Shown here: positions 1 through 9,967 of the stretch, piece after piece | Numbering within the stretch: the stretch's first letter is position 1 | How the letters are laid out: each line of letters starts with the position of its first letter | Source: an uncultured delta proteobacterium | GTDB lineage: Bacteria; Desulfobacterota; Binatia; UBA9968 | Assembly: GCA_963727625.1 (NCBI GenBank) | Contig: CAVSHR010000006.1 | Coordinates: 96,001-160,000, forward strand | Reading direction: 5' to 3' | Length of the DNA: 64,000 bases | Notes under the pieces: model-generated | What the model was told of the DNA's origin: nothing | Databases searched by the model: none | What the model saw: only the letters and a program-made list of their open reading frames with translations | Program-made: the position numbers and the translations under genes

Positions 1-206
1 TCCGTTTAACGTTCTGTGGGTTGGTCGCCGGCGAGAAAATCGCCGGATCGCTGGCGCCTATCGTCGACGCTAAGCTGCTGTCTTACACCTGATTAGAGCC
101 GGTCTCAAGATGCCCGGCGAACTAGGCGCAGCGACCGAGAACGCCTTGACACGCAGAAGCCCTACCGATAAGCAGCTTGCATGGCTCCCCGATCCAAGGA
201 GTGAGC

Positions 207-1490
207 ATGGATATAAAATCTCTGATCGACCCTAAAGGTGGCCTCATCGACCGGCGCATCTTTGCCGACCGCGAAATCTACGAGATCGAGCGTGAGCGCT
301 TGTTCGCGCGCTGCTGGCTCTATCTCGGCCACGAATGCGAGGTTCCCAAGCCCGGCGATTTCGTCACCCGCTACATGGGCGAAGAGCCGGTGATTCTTGG
401 CCGCGATCTCGACGGCAAGCTGCGCGCCCACTTGAATATGTGCCGCCACCGCGGCAACCGCGTTTGCCGCGCCGACCACGGCAACACCAAGTTGTTTACC
501 TGCTCGTATCACGGTTGGTCATACACCGGCGACGGCAAGCTCGCGCTGGTGCCCATGCTCGATGCCTTCAAAGGGCTCGATAGAGAGAGGTGGGGTCTGG
601 TTTCAGTGGCGCAGATCGACAGCTACAAAGGGCTAGTCTTCGCGACCTTCGATCCTCAAGCGCCACCGCTACGCGAATATCTGGGCGACATGGCGTGGTA
701 TCTAGATATCCTGCTCGACCGGCGCGAAGGCGGCACGGAAGTGAGCGGGCCGCACCGCTGGCTGCTCGACGCCAACTGGAAAACCGCCGCGGAGAATTTC
801 GGTGGCGACGGTTACCACATCACCTCTACCCATGGTTCGGCGCGCGAGCTCGGCATCGACACGACTACGAGCCAAACGCGGCAATGGAACCAGGGATGCC
901 AGATCGCCTGCGGCAACGGCCATATTCTCGTGTCGTGGATCACGCCGCCGGAGGGCGGGCCATGGTTCGCGCAGCCGGATGATCAGCTTGTCGACTATAT
1001 GAAAGACCACGCAAGCGAAATCGAGAGCCGGCTCGGCACCGTGCGCGCGCGCCAGATCGCGCCATCGGCGGGAACGGTCTTTCCGAATTTATCGGTGCAC
1101 TGGCTGACGCGGACGATCCGCGTATGGCAACCGCGCGGGCCGGATAAAATGGAAGTCTGGAGCTGGGCGATCGTCGACAAAGCCGCCGAGCCGAAAATCA
1201 AAGACTTGATGCGCTTCGTTTCGCAGTATCGCTTCAGCCCGAGCGGCGTGTTCGAGCAGGACGACATGGATAACTGGATCCAGGTCACCGGCGCGGCGAA
1301 AAGTTTGATCGGGCGGCGCCATCCGGCCAATTATCAAATGCTCGGCAATGAACCGCCCGTGGAAGTCGCTTTGCCCGGCACGGTGAAAAGCCGGTTCAGC
1401 GACAACAATCAATTGAGCATGTACATGCACTGGGCCAAGATGCTCCAAGCCAAAGACTGGAGCGAACTGGCGCGCGCGCGCGATGGATAG
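207..1490 (+). CDS. Aromatic ring-hydroxylating (Rieske) dioxygenase, alpha subunit
   Basis: Rieske motif CRHRG...CSYHGW; mononuclear Fe ligands DGYHITSTH and EQDD; AAGGAG RBS before ATG 207. Confidence 0.93.
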   Translation: MDIKSLIDPKGGLIDRRIFADREIYEIERERLFARCWLYLGHECEVPKPGDFVTRYMGEEPVILGRDLDGKLRAHLNMCRHRGNRVCRADHGNTKLFTCSYHGWSYTGDGKLALVPMLDAFKGLDRERWGLVSVAQIDSYKGLVFATFDPQAPPLREYLGDMAWYLDILLDRREGGTEVSGPHRWLLDANWKTAAENFGGDGYHITSTHGSARELGIDTTTSQTRQWNQGCQIACGNGHILVSWITPPEGGPWFAQPDDQLVDYMKDHASEIESRLGTVRARQIAPSAGTVFPNLSVHWLTRTIRVWQPRGPDKMEVWSWAIVDKAAEPKIKDLMRFVSQYRFSPSGVFEQDDMDNWIQVTGAAKSLIGRRHPANYQMLGNEPPVEVALPGTVKSRFSDNNQLSMYMHWAKMLQAKDWSELARARDG

Positions 1491-1992
1491 CAACCTGCGC
1501 CAGCAGATCGAAGACTTTCTGTACCTCGAGGCCGAGCTGCTCGACGACAGAAAATTGCGCGAGTGGCTTGAGTTGCTCACAGACGACGTGCGCTACTGGA
1601 TGCCGATCCGACACAACACTTTTGATCGGCCCGTGGATGTAACTGGAGAGCTGTCGCAACCGGGGGAAGGGTACTACTTCAACGACGATAAGAAGAGCCT
1701 CAGGATCCGAGTCGAGCGCGCCTATGCCAAAAACGCCTGGGCCGAGATGCCGCCTTCGCGCACGCGCCACATGATTTCCAATATTCGCATTAAAAAAGAA
1801 GACGGCAACGAGATCGCGGTGCATTCCAACTTTTTATGCTACCGCACACGCATGGAAACCGATCAGGATATGTTTGTCGGCGAGCGGCAAGATATCTTGC
1901 GCCGCATCGGCGACAGTTTCAAAGTCGCCCGGCGCACGATCATCTTGGATCAGGCGGTGCTGGCGGCCAAGAACATCAGCGTCTTTTTGTAG
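1483..1992 (+). CDS. Aromatic ring-hydroxylating dioxygenase, beta subunit
   Basis: FLYLEAELLDDR, WAEMPPSRTRH and a C-terminal LDQAVLAAKNISVFL typical of beta subunits; overlaps the alpha subunit stop. Confidence 0.93.
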   Translation: MDSNLRQQIEDFLYLEAELLDDRKLREWLELLTDDVRYWMPIRHNTFDRPVDVTGELSQPGEGYYFNDDKKSLRIRVERAYAKNAWAEMPPSRTRHMISNIRIKKEDGNEIAVHSNFLCYRTRMETDQDMFVGERQDILRRIGDSFKVARRTIILDQAVLAAKNISVFL

Positions 1993-2025
1993 AGGAATTT
2001 CTATCGATAGTTTACTCGCGGGCAA

Positions 2026-3309
2026 TTATTGATTTTCGTTCGACTGCAAAGCGTCCAGCGCTTTCTGAACCAATTTTCTACGCAATTCTTTTTCATCCTC
2101 GGGTTTGAGCTTGGCGTCGCCGGTGACGTGCACGATGCCGGTGCCCAGCACCACCCGGTTCGAACCGACCATTTTGGCGATCGGCTTGGCGGCGGTGATT
2201 TGTACCACCGGGATGCCGGCTTTTTCTAACTCAGTCGTAATCGCAGCGCCGCTGCGAGTGCTGGTGCCTCACGTGGACGTGAGAATGACGGCGTCGACGC
2301 CGTCGCGCTTGATCTTTTCCACCATCTCGCGGCCCAGACGGCGCGTATTCGACAGCGGATTGGAGCGTCCGCAGGTGGAGAGAAATTCATCGTGGAGCTT
2401 GCCGATGACGCCGTTTTTCTCCATCTCGCGGAGAGCGTCGAGGGGCACAAGTCGATCGGGATCTTGCTGAACAAAGCGGGTGTCGTAGCCGCCGTGGGAC
2501 ACCTCGTAGTCTTCTGCGCGCAGGTCGTCGCGGCCTTCGATATTGTAGGCTCCCCATCGTGTCGCAGCCGTGCCCTCGATGCGATCGGGATTGCCCTTGG
2601 GAACCAGACCGCCGTCGGTGATCAGCATCACTCGAGCTTTGGACATGTCTTTGACCGCGGCAGGAATCGGCACGGGCGCGAAAGTGGTCGCCGGCATTTC
2701 GGATTGGAACGTTGCACCGCTTAATTTCGCCATGAGCATATCGCCCAGCCGCGTCGCCGCGCTTTTCTCAACCAGCTGATCGCGCAGCCAGCCGCGAGGT
2801 AAATAACCTTCTTCGGCGGGCGAACCGATCGGTTCTTTTTCGACCAGTTTTCCGCTGAGGCTTGCCATCGAGCCAACCACATTGCGCAGTTTGGTCACGT
2901 TGGTGCCTGAGTCGATGATGTAGAGCGTATCGCGGAAAAGATCGACGCCGGGATTCTCCTCGCTCATAGCGGCGACGGCGGGAATGCCCAGATCGGTTTG
3001 CACGGCGCGGCAAATCGCGCCCGCCGCCATGCCGTAGCGGCCGGCATCGAAACATGGGCCGGCGATGAAAAGGTCGAGCTTTTCGTTCCGAATCCGATCC
3101 AAAACCGCAGCCGTGAGCTCTGTCTGGTTTTCGACGGCATAGTTATCGCCGCAGACGAAAGTCAAAACCACTTGGGCGTCGGGGCCGAGCAAAGATTCGA
3201 AGAGTTTCCCCGGTCCGACCGCGCCGTCGCGAATCTCCAAACCCTTGCCGGCATGTTCTTCCGCGCCAATGCCGCCAAAGAACTGATTCAGGTAATGTGC
3301 GATGCGCAT
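2026..3309 (-). CDS. Glycine/sarcosine/betaine reductase family selenoprotein B (GrdB/GrdF/GrdH-like), Sec at TGA 2269-2271
   Basis: N-terminus HYLNQFFGGIG; ORFs 2269..3309 and 2026..2208 are one frame joined across TGA, giving VILTST-U-GTSTRSGAAITTELEKAGIPVVQIT, the family's Sec site. Confidence 0.9.
2241..2257 (-). promoter_or_regulatory. Putative bacterial SECIS hairpin
   Basis: On the mRNA strand TCGCAGC-GGC-GCTGCGA (7-bp stem, G-first loop) starts 11 nt 3' of the UGA. Confidence 0.6.
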
Positions 3310-3336
3310 GTGAAACTCCTTGAAGAGCCGTGAGCC

Positions 3337-3393
3337 GCGAGGCGAGAGGCTTGAGTAAGAATCTTCGCTCGCGCCTCAAGCCTTTCGCCTCGT
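3337..3393. repeat. Intergenic inverted repeat (19-bp arms) between the two reductase genes
   Basis: gcgaggcgagaggcttgag (3337-3355) pairs with ctcaagcctttcgcctcgt (3375-3393), 17/19 Watson-Crick. Confidence 0.75.
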
Positions 3394-3399
3394 GCCTTC

Positions 3400-4680
3400 T
3401 TAGTACACCAAAGACCTCATTCTCGACGCGCCCTGTTGGTTGGTGACGCCGACGATGTTGTTGGCATCGATGGTCATGGGGCCAGTGAGTAAATCGGAGA
3501 ACTCGGGCGTGGCGGCGATGACGCGATCGACCTTGGGCACGTCCCATCTCGTGCCGTTGCCCCCGTTGTAGACGATGGCGTCGACTTCGGGAACGTTGAA
3601 GAGCAGCGCCGACTCGACGCGCCGGTCGCGCGACACATCGGACACCATAACCGCCGTGCGAATTTTCATGGCCTCCAGCAGACGCGCGGTTTCCGCCAAG
3701 TCTGCGTGCGGCAAGCCGCCGCCGTACTTTGACAGCACCGCGCCGTCTGCCTTTAGATTCCAACTAACCAAATTCGCTGCCGCCTTGCAGTGGCGCTCGC
3801 GATCGAAGTTGTCCGAGCCTGCAATCGTTGCCACGGTGCCGACAAAATTAATCTCGCGCGCGTGATGGCGGCGATAGAGATCGAGAATAATCGGCTGGTT
3901 TTGATAAAAATAAGTTTCCGTGCCACCGAACCAGGAGTGCAGCGACGGCACGATGGCGCCGTCGAGCCACTCGTCGGGGTGGAGCACAATCGGCAGCATG
4001 CCGTCGGTATTGGCGCCGTAAAGAATCGGTTCGTCGACTTCCGGTTTCCGTTGCCGCGAAAAGATCTGCCCGACGTAGGCCACGCGCGGCAAACCTTCGC
4101 GCCCGCTTACTGCCGGTCCCACGGGTTGGAATTGATGCAGCGAATGGGCCGGCTGATCCGTGACGAAGCGCGCCAGCGCGACCGCGACTCGAAGCCCGGC
4201 GATGCGGTACGCTTTCTCAATCGCTTGGCGGGACAATCCTGGCTTGGTGTGTGGAATCACCAGAAGATGGCAAAGCGACGAATAGTCGCTCGCCGCAACC
4301 GGCGCACCGCTCATTTCGAGCACGCGCCCGGTGGCGCTGCGCGTCAAGTCGGGTGAGATTTCCGCGAGCACGGAAACTGCCGCTCCGGTCAGGACGTGGG
4401 TTGTCCCCACACCCGCAGTTAGCGGAGCTCCCAAAATTCCCGGAAAGTCCGCACCCGAGCCGGAGGCTTTTGCACGCGGTTCAATAACGTCGAAGATCGG
4501 CCCGGCGCGGCAACTCTCGCCCGGGTGGACGATGGCGAAATCGACGCCGATATAGCAATCATCTTGCAGCACCACACGGCGCAGCTCGGCGGAATCGATG
4601 GAGAGGACTTCACCTTCGAGGCGCGCCGGCGCATCGAATTTGAGTTCGCGAACCGGATGTTTTGCTAAGGTTAGTTGCAA
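3400..4680 (-). CDS. Glycine/sarcosine/betaine reductase component B subunit (GrdE/GrdG/GrdI-like)
   Basis: PGESCRAGPIFDVIEPRAK, HPDEWLDGAIV, YQNQPIILDLYRRH and INFVG motifs; directly upstream of the selenoprotein B gene. Confidence 0.85.
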   Translation of the reverse strand: MQLTLAKHPVRELKFDAPARLEGEVLSIDSAELRRVVLQDDCYIGVDFAIVHPGESCRAGPIFDVIEPRAKASGSGADFPGILGAPLTAGVGTTHVLTGAAVSVLAEISPDLTRSATGRVLEMSGAPVAASDYSSLCHLLVIPHTKPGLSRQAIEKAYRIAGLRVAVALARFVTDQPAHSLHQFQPVGPAVSGREGLPRVAYVGQIFSRQRKPEVDEPILYGANTDGMLPIVLHPDEWLDGAIVPSLHSWFGGTETYFYQNQPIILDLYRRHHAREINFVGTVATIAGSDNFDRERHCKAAANLVSWNLKADGAVLSKYGGGLPHADLAETARLLEAMKIRTAVMVSDVSRDRRVESALLFNVPEVDAIVYNGGNGTRWDVPKVDRVIAATPEFSDLLTGPMTIDANNIVGVTNQQGASRMRSLVY

Positions 4681-4910
4681 TGTTTTCTTCCCTTTGGCGC
4701 TTCAAACAGATTTCGATAGTCAGCCATAACGTCACGGGCGATCTTATTCTCGGTGCACGAAACTTGTCAACGACACAAGTCGTTTCTTGATTCGCTGTGA
4801 TGCAATCAAAGTTGAACGTTAATACGAGGGCCATGGGCTACTTTCATGTCCGCGGGTTTTTTCTAAAGAGCGCATGGTGATATGAGATGGTTGACCCTTA
4901 AGGTTGAGTC

Positions 4911-6431
4911 ATGCTGCGTTTCTCGCCCAATCCCAACCTCGCCCACTTGATCCGTTGGTTCGAGTGGGAAGACGACGCCTTTCAAAAGGCGCAAGAAGAG
5001 GACAAGCCGGTGATGCTTTTTCTATCGGCTTTTTGGTGCCGCTACTGCCAGCGCATGGATGAAGGCTCGCTGTCCGACCGGGAAAACATGGCGCTACTGA
5101 ACGCCTATTTCATCGCGCTCAGAGCCGAAGACGCGAAGCGGCCGGACCTGGATGCGCGCTACAATCTCAACGGCTGGCCGACCGTCGCGTTTTTCACTCC
5201 AGCGGGGGATTTGCTCGCGGCGTCCAACTTTCTCCCGGTTGAGGAATTCAAAACTCTGCTGCTCAATGTTTATTTGTCTTATCAGGAAAAAACTGCCGAA
5301 ACCCGCGCGGCCCATCCGGCAGAGACCAGTAAAATTTCGACGACGGACGCCGCGAAAAAGGCGGCGGAAGCGATTCTCAGCGAGATCACCGATGCGATCA
5401 TGGCGCTGGCCGATTCCGTTAACGGCGGCTACGGCCGTGGCCAGAAATTTATCCTGGCGCCGGTAAACGATTTTTTGCTGAGCCGTTACGAAGCGACTCG
5501 AACACCCGCCTATCTCGCTCATGTGCGGCTAACGCTGGATCGCATGCGCGGAGGGCAGATTCACGATGTCGAGGCGGGCGGATATTTTCGTACCACGACG
5601 GGCGCGGATTGGGTGCAGCCGCACCGAGAAAAGCTGCTGGTCGAGCAGGCAGGTCTCTTGTCGAACTGTCTTCACGTATTCCGCCTTACCGGGCGCGATG
5701 AATACGCGCGCATGGCGGAGGAGATCATCGCATACTTGGACAAGAAGCTTTTCGACGCTAAGACCGGCGCTTTTTTCGGCTGCGAAGATTTTCTTAGGCG
5801 CGAAGGCCCGGCGGGATCGCCCGACGGTGAATTGTTTTCGATCATCGATGAGTGCATTTACACCGACGCCAATGCCGTCACCGCCGCCGGCTATCTTGAA
5901 GCGAGCGCGCTCTTGGGTCGAACGGAATGTAAAGCGCGGGCGCTGGACGTGCTTGATTTTCTCTGGAAGCGTTGCCGCAGCGTGGAGACGGGCATGTATC
6001 ACTATCATGACGGCACGCCACGGCTACCGGGAATGCTGCTGGATCAGGCGCTGGTGGGGACCGCGCTGCTCAAAGCTTACCGCGCGACTCACGACGCAAA
6101 ATATCTCGAGCAGGCAGAGGGGATCGGCGAGTTCATTCTAGCCCGGCTCAAGAATTACGACGGCGGTTTTTACGATCGCGATGCGTGCGAGCTCGGCTTT
6201 CTCAAGCGACCTTTGACAGATCTGGATCAGAATGGCGCTGCGGCATCATTCTTTATGATGCTTGCCGCGGCGGGAGGCGACTCGAAATATCACGGGGCCG
6301 CGCTCTGGGCGGCAGGTGCGGCCAGCGACAGTACGGCGCATTATGGAATTCATTCCGCTCGACTCGGTCGCGCGCTAGGTGAAATTCTTAGCTCGACAAA
6401 TCGGCGCCCGTCAAATTCGTTTTCCGGTTAA
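4911..6431 (+). CDS. Thioredoxin-domain protein, DUF255/YyaL (SPATA20-like) family
   Basis: IRWFEW...DKPVMLFLSAFWCRYCQRM, RPDLDARY, GWPT, GGYFR, PHREKLL. Confidence 0.85.
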   Translation: MLRFSPNPNLAHLIRWFEWEDDAFQKAQEEDKPVMLFLSAFWCRYCQRMDEGSLSDRENMALLNAYFIALRAEDAKRPDLDARYNLNGWPTVAFFTPAGDLLAASNFLPVEEFKTLLLNVYLSYQEKTAETRAAHPAETSKISTTDAAKKAAEAILSEITDAIMALADSVNGGYGRGQKFILAPVNDFLLSRYEATRTPAYLAHVRLTLDRMRGGQIHDVEAGGYFRTTTGADWVQPHREKLLVEQAGLLSNCLHVFRLTGRDEYARMAEEIIAYLDKKLFDAKTGAFFGCEDFLRREGPAGSPDGELFSIIDECIYTDANAVTAAGYLEASALLGRTECKARALDVLDFLWKRCRSVETGMYHYHDGTPRLPGMLLDQALVGTALLKAYRATHDAKYLEQAEGIGEFILARLKNYDGGFYDRDACELGFLKRPLTDLDQNGAAASFFMMLAAAGGDSKYHGAALWAAGAASDSTAHYGIHSARLGRALGEILSSTNRRPSNSFSG

Positions 6432-6596
6432 TTCAGCCAAATGTCCCGGCTCGATTTGGCGCCTCTCGCAATTCACTTGCCGATTCGGCAAGAACGATTC
6501 AAACTAAGACGGTGCGCAGTGGTTTATCGGACAAGCCGAGCAAATCCTGGGATGCCCGATTTCCGGGTCGCTCTTGGATCAAATGGAGAGGTGAAT

Positions 6597-7766
6597 ATGA
6601 CCTATAAAATCCGCACGCGCGACCAACACTTTCTCAACGACGGCAGTCCGAAGCGCATTCTCGCCCTTGACGGCGGCGGGCTGCGCGGCATCGTCACGTT
6701 GTCGTTTCTCGCCGAGATCGAAGCGATACTCAGAGAGCGCTATGGCAGCGCGGACAATTTTCGTCTCAGCCACTATTTCGATTTAATTGCTGGCACGTCG
6801 ACCGGGTCGATCATTGCCGCGGCACTGGCGCGCGGCATGACCGTGACAGAAATCACCAAAAAATACTTGGATCTCGGCCAGCGGGTGTTCCAAAAAAGCT
6901 GGTTGCGCCAGGGTTTTGTTCGGGCGTTCTACGACGAAGCCGGCTTGATCGATGAGCTCAAACGGGTTTACGGACCGAACACGTCAATGGGCGATCCATC
7001 GTTGCAGACCGGACTGCTGATCGTCACCAAGCGACTGGACAGCGGCAGCACCTGGCCGGTCTCGAACAATCCGCGCGGGAAATACTATGGCCCTCGCCCC
7101 AACAATGCGGTCATCGTCAACTCGGCCTATCCGCTCTGGCAGGTGGTGCGTGCATCGACAGCGGCGCCGCGCTACTTCGATCCGGAAAAGATCGAAATCA
7201 GCCGCGGCAAGGCCGGCGAAGTGCCGATCATCGGCGAGTTCGTCGACGGCGGGGTGAGCCCGTATAATAACCCTGCGCTGCAAGCGTTGATGTATGCGAC
7301 TTTGGATGGCTATTGCGTTGGCTGGCCGACCGGCGCGGACAAATTACTGCTGGTCTCGGTGGGCACGGGTTCGCGCGATCCCAAGATCGCGCCCGCCAAG
7401 CTGGCGGCTGAAAACGCGCTCAAGTCAATGCTTTCCTTAATGGACGACTGCGCCGAGCTGGTCGAAACCTTGTTGCAATGGATGTCGAGCAGCCACACCG
7501 CGCGCGCCATCGATCGCGAAGTTGGCGACTTGCGCCATGACCTGATCGCTGCGCAGCCGTTGATCAATTACTTGCGTTACAATGTCGCGCTAACGCAGGA
7601 CTCCCTGACAGGTCTCGGTTTGAAGTTCGACGACGAAAAAGTCGCTGGGTTAAGCGCGATGGACGATCCGGCGAACATGACGACGCTGGAAGGGATCGGT
7701 GCCAAAGCGGCGAAGCAGCAGGTGCGCGCCGAAGATTTTTCATCGAATTTTGACTTGATGCCGTGA
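6597..7766 (+). CDS. Patatin-like phospholipase
   Basis: Oxyanion DGGGLRG, nucleophile GTSTG, RASTAAP, catalytic DGG, VSVGTG; GGAGAGG RBS before ATG 6597. Confidence 0.92.
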   Translation: MTYKIRTRDQHFLNDGSPKRILALDGGGLRGIVTLSFLAEIEAILRERYGSADNFRLSHYFDLIAGTSTGSIIAAALARGMTVTEITKKYLDLGQRVFQKSWLRQGFVRAFYDEAGLIDELKRVYGPNTSMGDPSLQTGLLIVTKRLDSGSTWPVSNNPRGKYYGPRPNNAVIVNSAYPLWQVVRASTAAPRYFDPEKIEISRGKAGEVPIIGEFVDGGVSPYNNPALQALMYATLDGYCVGWPTGADKLLLVSVGTGSRDPKIAPAKLAAENALKSMLSLMDDCAELVETLLQWMSSSHTARAIDREVGDLRHDLIAAQPLINYLRYNVALTQDSLTGLGLKFDDEKVAGLSAMDDPANMTTLEGIGAKAAKQQVRAEDFSSNFDLMP

Positions 7767-7819
7767 ATGTCGCATAGCGCTGAACGTCTCAAAATCTCCG
7801 AAGCAATCCGAGGTGCGGC

Positions 7820-9820
7820 GTGAAGAATGTTTTCATCGTTCGGCCGTTCGGCAAGAAAAGCGGCATCGACTTCGAGCGCGTCGAGATCGATCTAATGCAG
7901 CCGGCGATGCGGCAGGCCGGACTCACGGGCGGGACGACGGGACAGATTCTCCAGCAGGGAAACATCCGCACCGACATGTTCGAGCAGCTCTTGATCGCCG
8001 ATCTGGTGATCGCCGATATCTCGATTCATAACGCCAATGTTTTTTACGAGCTCGGTATTCGCCAAGCCCTGCGCGATAAACGGACCTTTCTTATCAGAGC
8101 GGTGAAAAAGTCGACGGATGCAGACGCAAAGGAAGAGGAGGTTCCCTTCGATCTCAAAACCGACCGGTACCTGGCTTACGAAGCCGGTAATCCCGGCGCC
8201 AGCGTCGCCGTTCTCGCGGCCGCGCTCAACGCGACCTTGGATTCGCTCAAGGCCGACAGCCCGGTCTACCAACTGCTGCCAGAGTTGAATCCTGCCGACC
8301 CGAGCAAGTTTCTCGTCTTGCCGCTCGATTTCCGCGAGGAAGTCGAACGAGCCGAGGCGGTCAAGAATTGCGCCGACGTCCAGCTGCTCGGCGCGGAGGT
8401 GGATGGCTTTGCCTGGCGCGCTGCCGGTTTGCGCCTGGTTGGACAAGCCCAATTTCGCTTGCGCGACTGGACCGGAGCGAAGGCGACATGGATGGCCGTG
8501 CGCGACTATGACGATACGGATCTCGAAAGCAACACGCTGCTCGGCACGATCTACCAACGGCTTGGTGATCTCATCGCTTCTGATCAAGCGCTGGAGCGCG
8601 CGTTGCAGAACCGGGATCTGGACCCGCGCGACCGCGCGGAAATCCTCGCCTTGACCGGCCGCAACGCCAAGACGCAATGGGAGCAAGCCTGGGCTGACTC
8701 CACCGAGCTCGACAGCCGGCAAAGAGCCGCGCTGGCCTCGCCGTATCTGGAAAAATCCCTAGAGCTTTACCACCAGGGATTTGTCGCGGACCGTAATCAT
8801 TTTTACTCGGGACTGAACGCTCTGGCGATGGTGACGGTTCTGACCGAACTGGCAGACGTTCAGATAGTTCTTTGGCAGGCAGGCTTCGATGACAACGACG
8901 AGGCGGAACGGAAACTGCGCGAGCTCAAAGATTTACGCGCCGACCTCGCGGTCGGAGTCAAGCTCGCGATCGAATCCAAACAAGCGGCGTTAAGGCGCGA
9001 TCAGCAAACCGACATCTGGGCCGAGGTCAGTAACGCGGATCTAACCTGTTTGACTTCGACGCGTGCCAATCGCGTCGGTCTGGCCTACAAGCGCGCGCTG
9101 GCCGGCGCCCCCGATTTCGCCAATCAAGCGGTCCGCCGGCAGCTTTTGCTCTATCAAAAGCTCGGAGTTTTCGGCGACAATATTCAGGCCGCCCTTGATA
9201 ACATCCCGGCCGTCGCGCTGCCGGGAGAGGGCGCGCCCATGCAAACCCGAATACTCCTGTTTACCGGACACCGCATCGACTCGCCCAATCGAAAGGAGCC
9301 GCGCTTTCCCGCCGCCAAAGAACAGCAGGCGAGGGTGATGATTCGTGAAGCCGTAATGAGGGAAAAAGAAAAACCGAACGGACAACTGTTCGGCATCTCC
9401 GGCGGCGCCTCCGGCGGCGATATCCTATTTCACGAAGTGTGCGAAGAGCTCGGGATTCCCAGCCAGATGTATCTGGTGTTGCCGAAAAGCGAGTATATCA
9501 AGGCCTCGGTCGCGGACGGCGGGCCGGATTGGGTTGATCGTTTCGATCGTCTCTTCGATAAGCTCCAACCGAAAATTCTATCCGATTCGGAACAGCTGCC
9601 GCGCTGGCTCAGGGCGAAAAAAAATTACAGCGTCTGGCAGCGTTCCAATCTCTGGATGCTGCACAATGCTCTCTATATTTCACAGGATCACCTCACGTTG
9701 ATGGCCTTGTGGAACGGCGCCGCGGGCGACGGTCCGGGTGGCACCGAAGACATGGTGCAGCGCGCTCAGGATCGCGGCGCGCGGTTTATCCATCTCGACG
9801 CGCGTAAACTGATCGCTTAA
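7820..9820 (+). CDS. Multidomain protein: NDT/deoxyribohydrolase-like domain + TPR (DUF4071/MAP3K TRAF-binding-like) + C-terminal SLOG-like domain
   Basis: N-terminal FIVRPFG...ADLVIADISIHNANVFYELGIR; helical TPR middle (GRNAK, FYSGLNA); C-terminal LFTGHRID...GGASGGDILF...ALWNG...GPGGT. Confidence 0.72.
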   Translation: MKNVFIVRPFGKKSGIDFERVEIDLMQPAMRQAGLTGGTTGQILQQGNIRTDMFEQLLIADLVIADISIHNANVFYELGIRQALRDKRTFLIRAVKKSTDADAKEEEVPFDLKTDRYLAYEAGNPGASVAVLAAALNATLDSLKADSPVYQLLPELNPADPSKFLVLPLDFREEVERAEAVKNCADVQLLGAEVDGFAWRAAGLRLVGQAQFRLRDWTGAKATWMAVRDYDDTDLESNTLLGTIYQRLGDLIASDQALERALQNRDLDPRDRAEILALTGRNAKTQWEQAWADSTELDSRQRAALASPYLEKSLELYHQGFVADRNHFYSGLNALAMVTVLTELADVQIVLWQAGFDDNDEAERKLRELKDLRADLAVGVKLAIESKQAALRRDQQTDIWAEVSNADLTCLTSTRANRVGLAYKRALAGAPDFANQAVRRQLLLYQKLGVFGDNIQAALDNIPAVALPGEGAPMQTRILLFTGHRIDSPNRKEPRFPAAKEQQARVMIREAVMREKEKPNGQLFGISGGASGGDILFHEVCEELGIPSQMYLVLPKSEYIKASVADGGPDWVDRFDRLFDKLQPKILSDSEQLPRWLRAKKNYSVWQRSNLWMLHNALYISQDHLTLMALWNGAAGDGPGGTEDMVQRAQDRGARFIHLDARKLIA

Positions 9821-9967
9821 CGCGCCAAAAATCCCGGTAAAATGCCGATCCGTGTTGAGATCATTCGGAACCCGGCTCCGCGGACTTGTCTCTGTTTGAA
9901 GTCGAGTCGATTGCAAGGCTTGCGGCCTTCATTCGATGATCCGGCGCAAATCGCAAAGGAGCCATTC

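Noticed and set aside
6441-6596. N-terminal extensions in the ORF track (also 11314..11484, 47950..48174, 52944..53054, 58974..59258)
   Set aside because: Downstream ATGs with a good RBS or the family N-terminus fit better.
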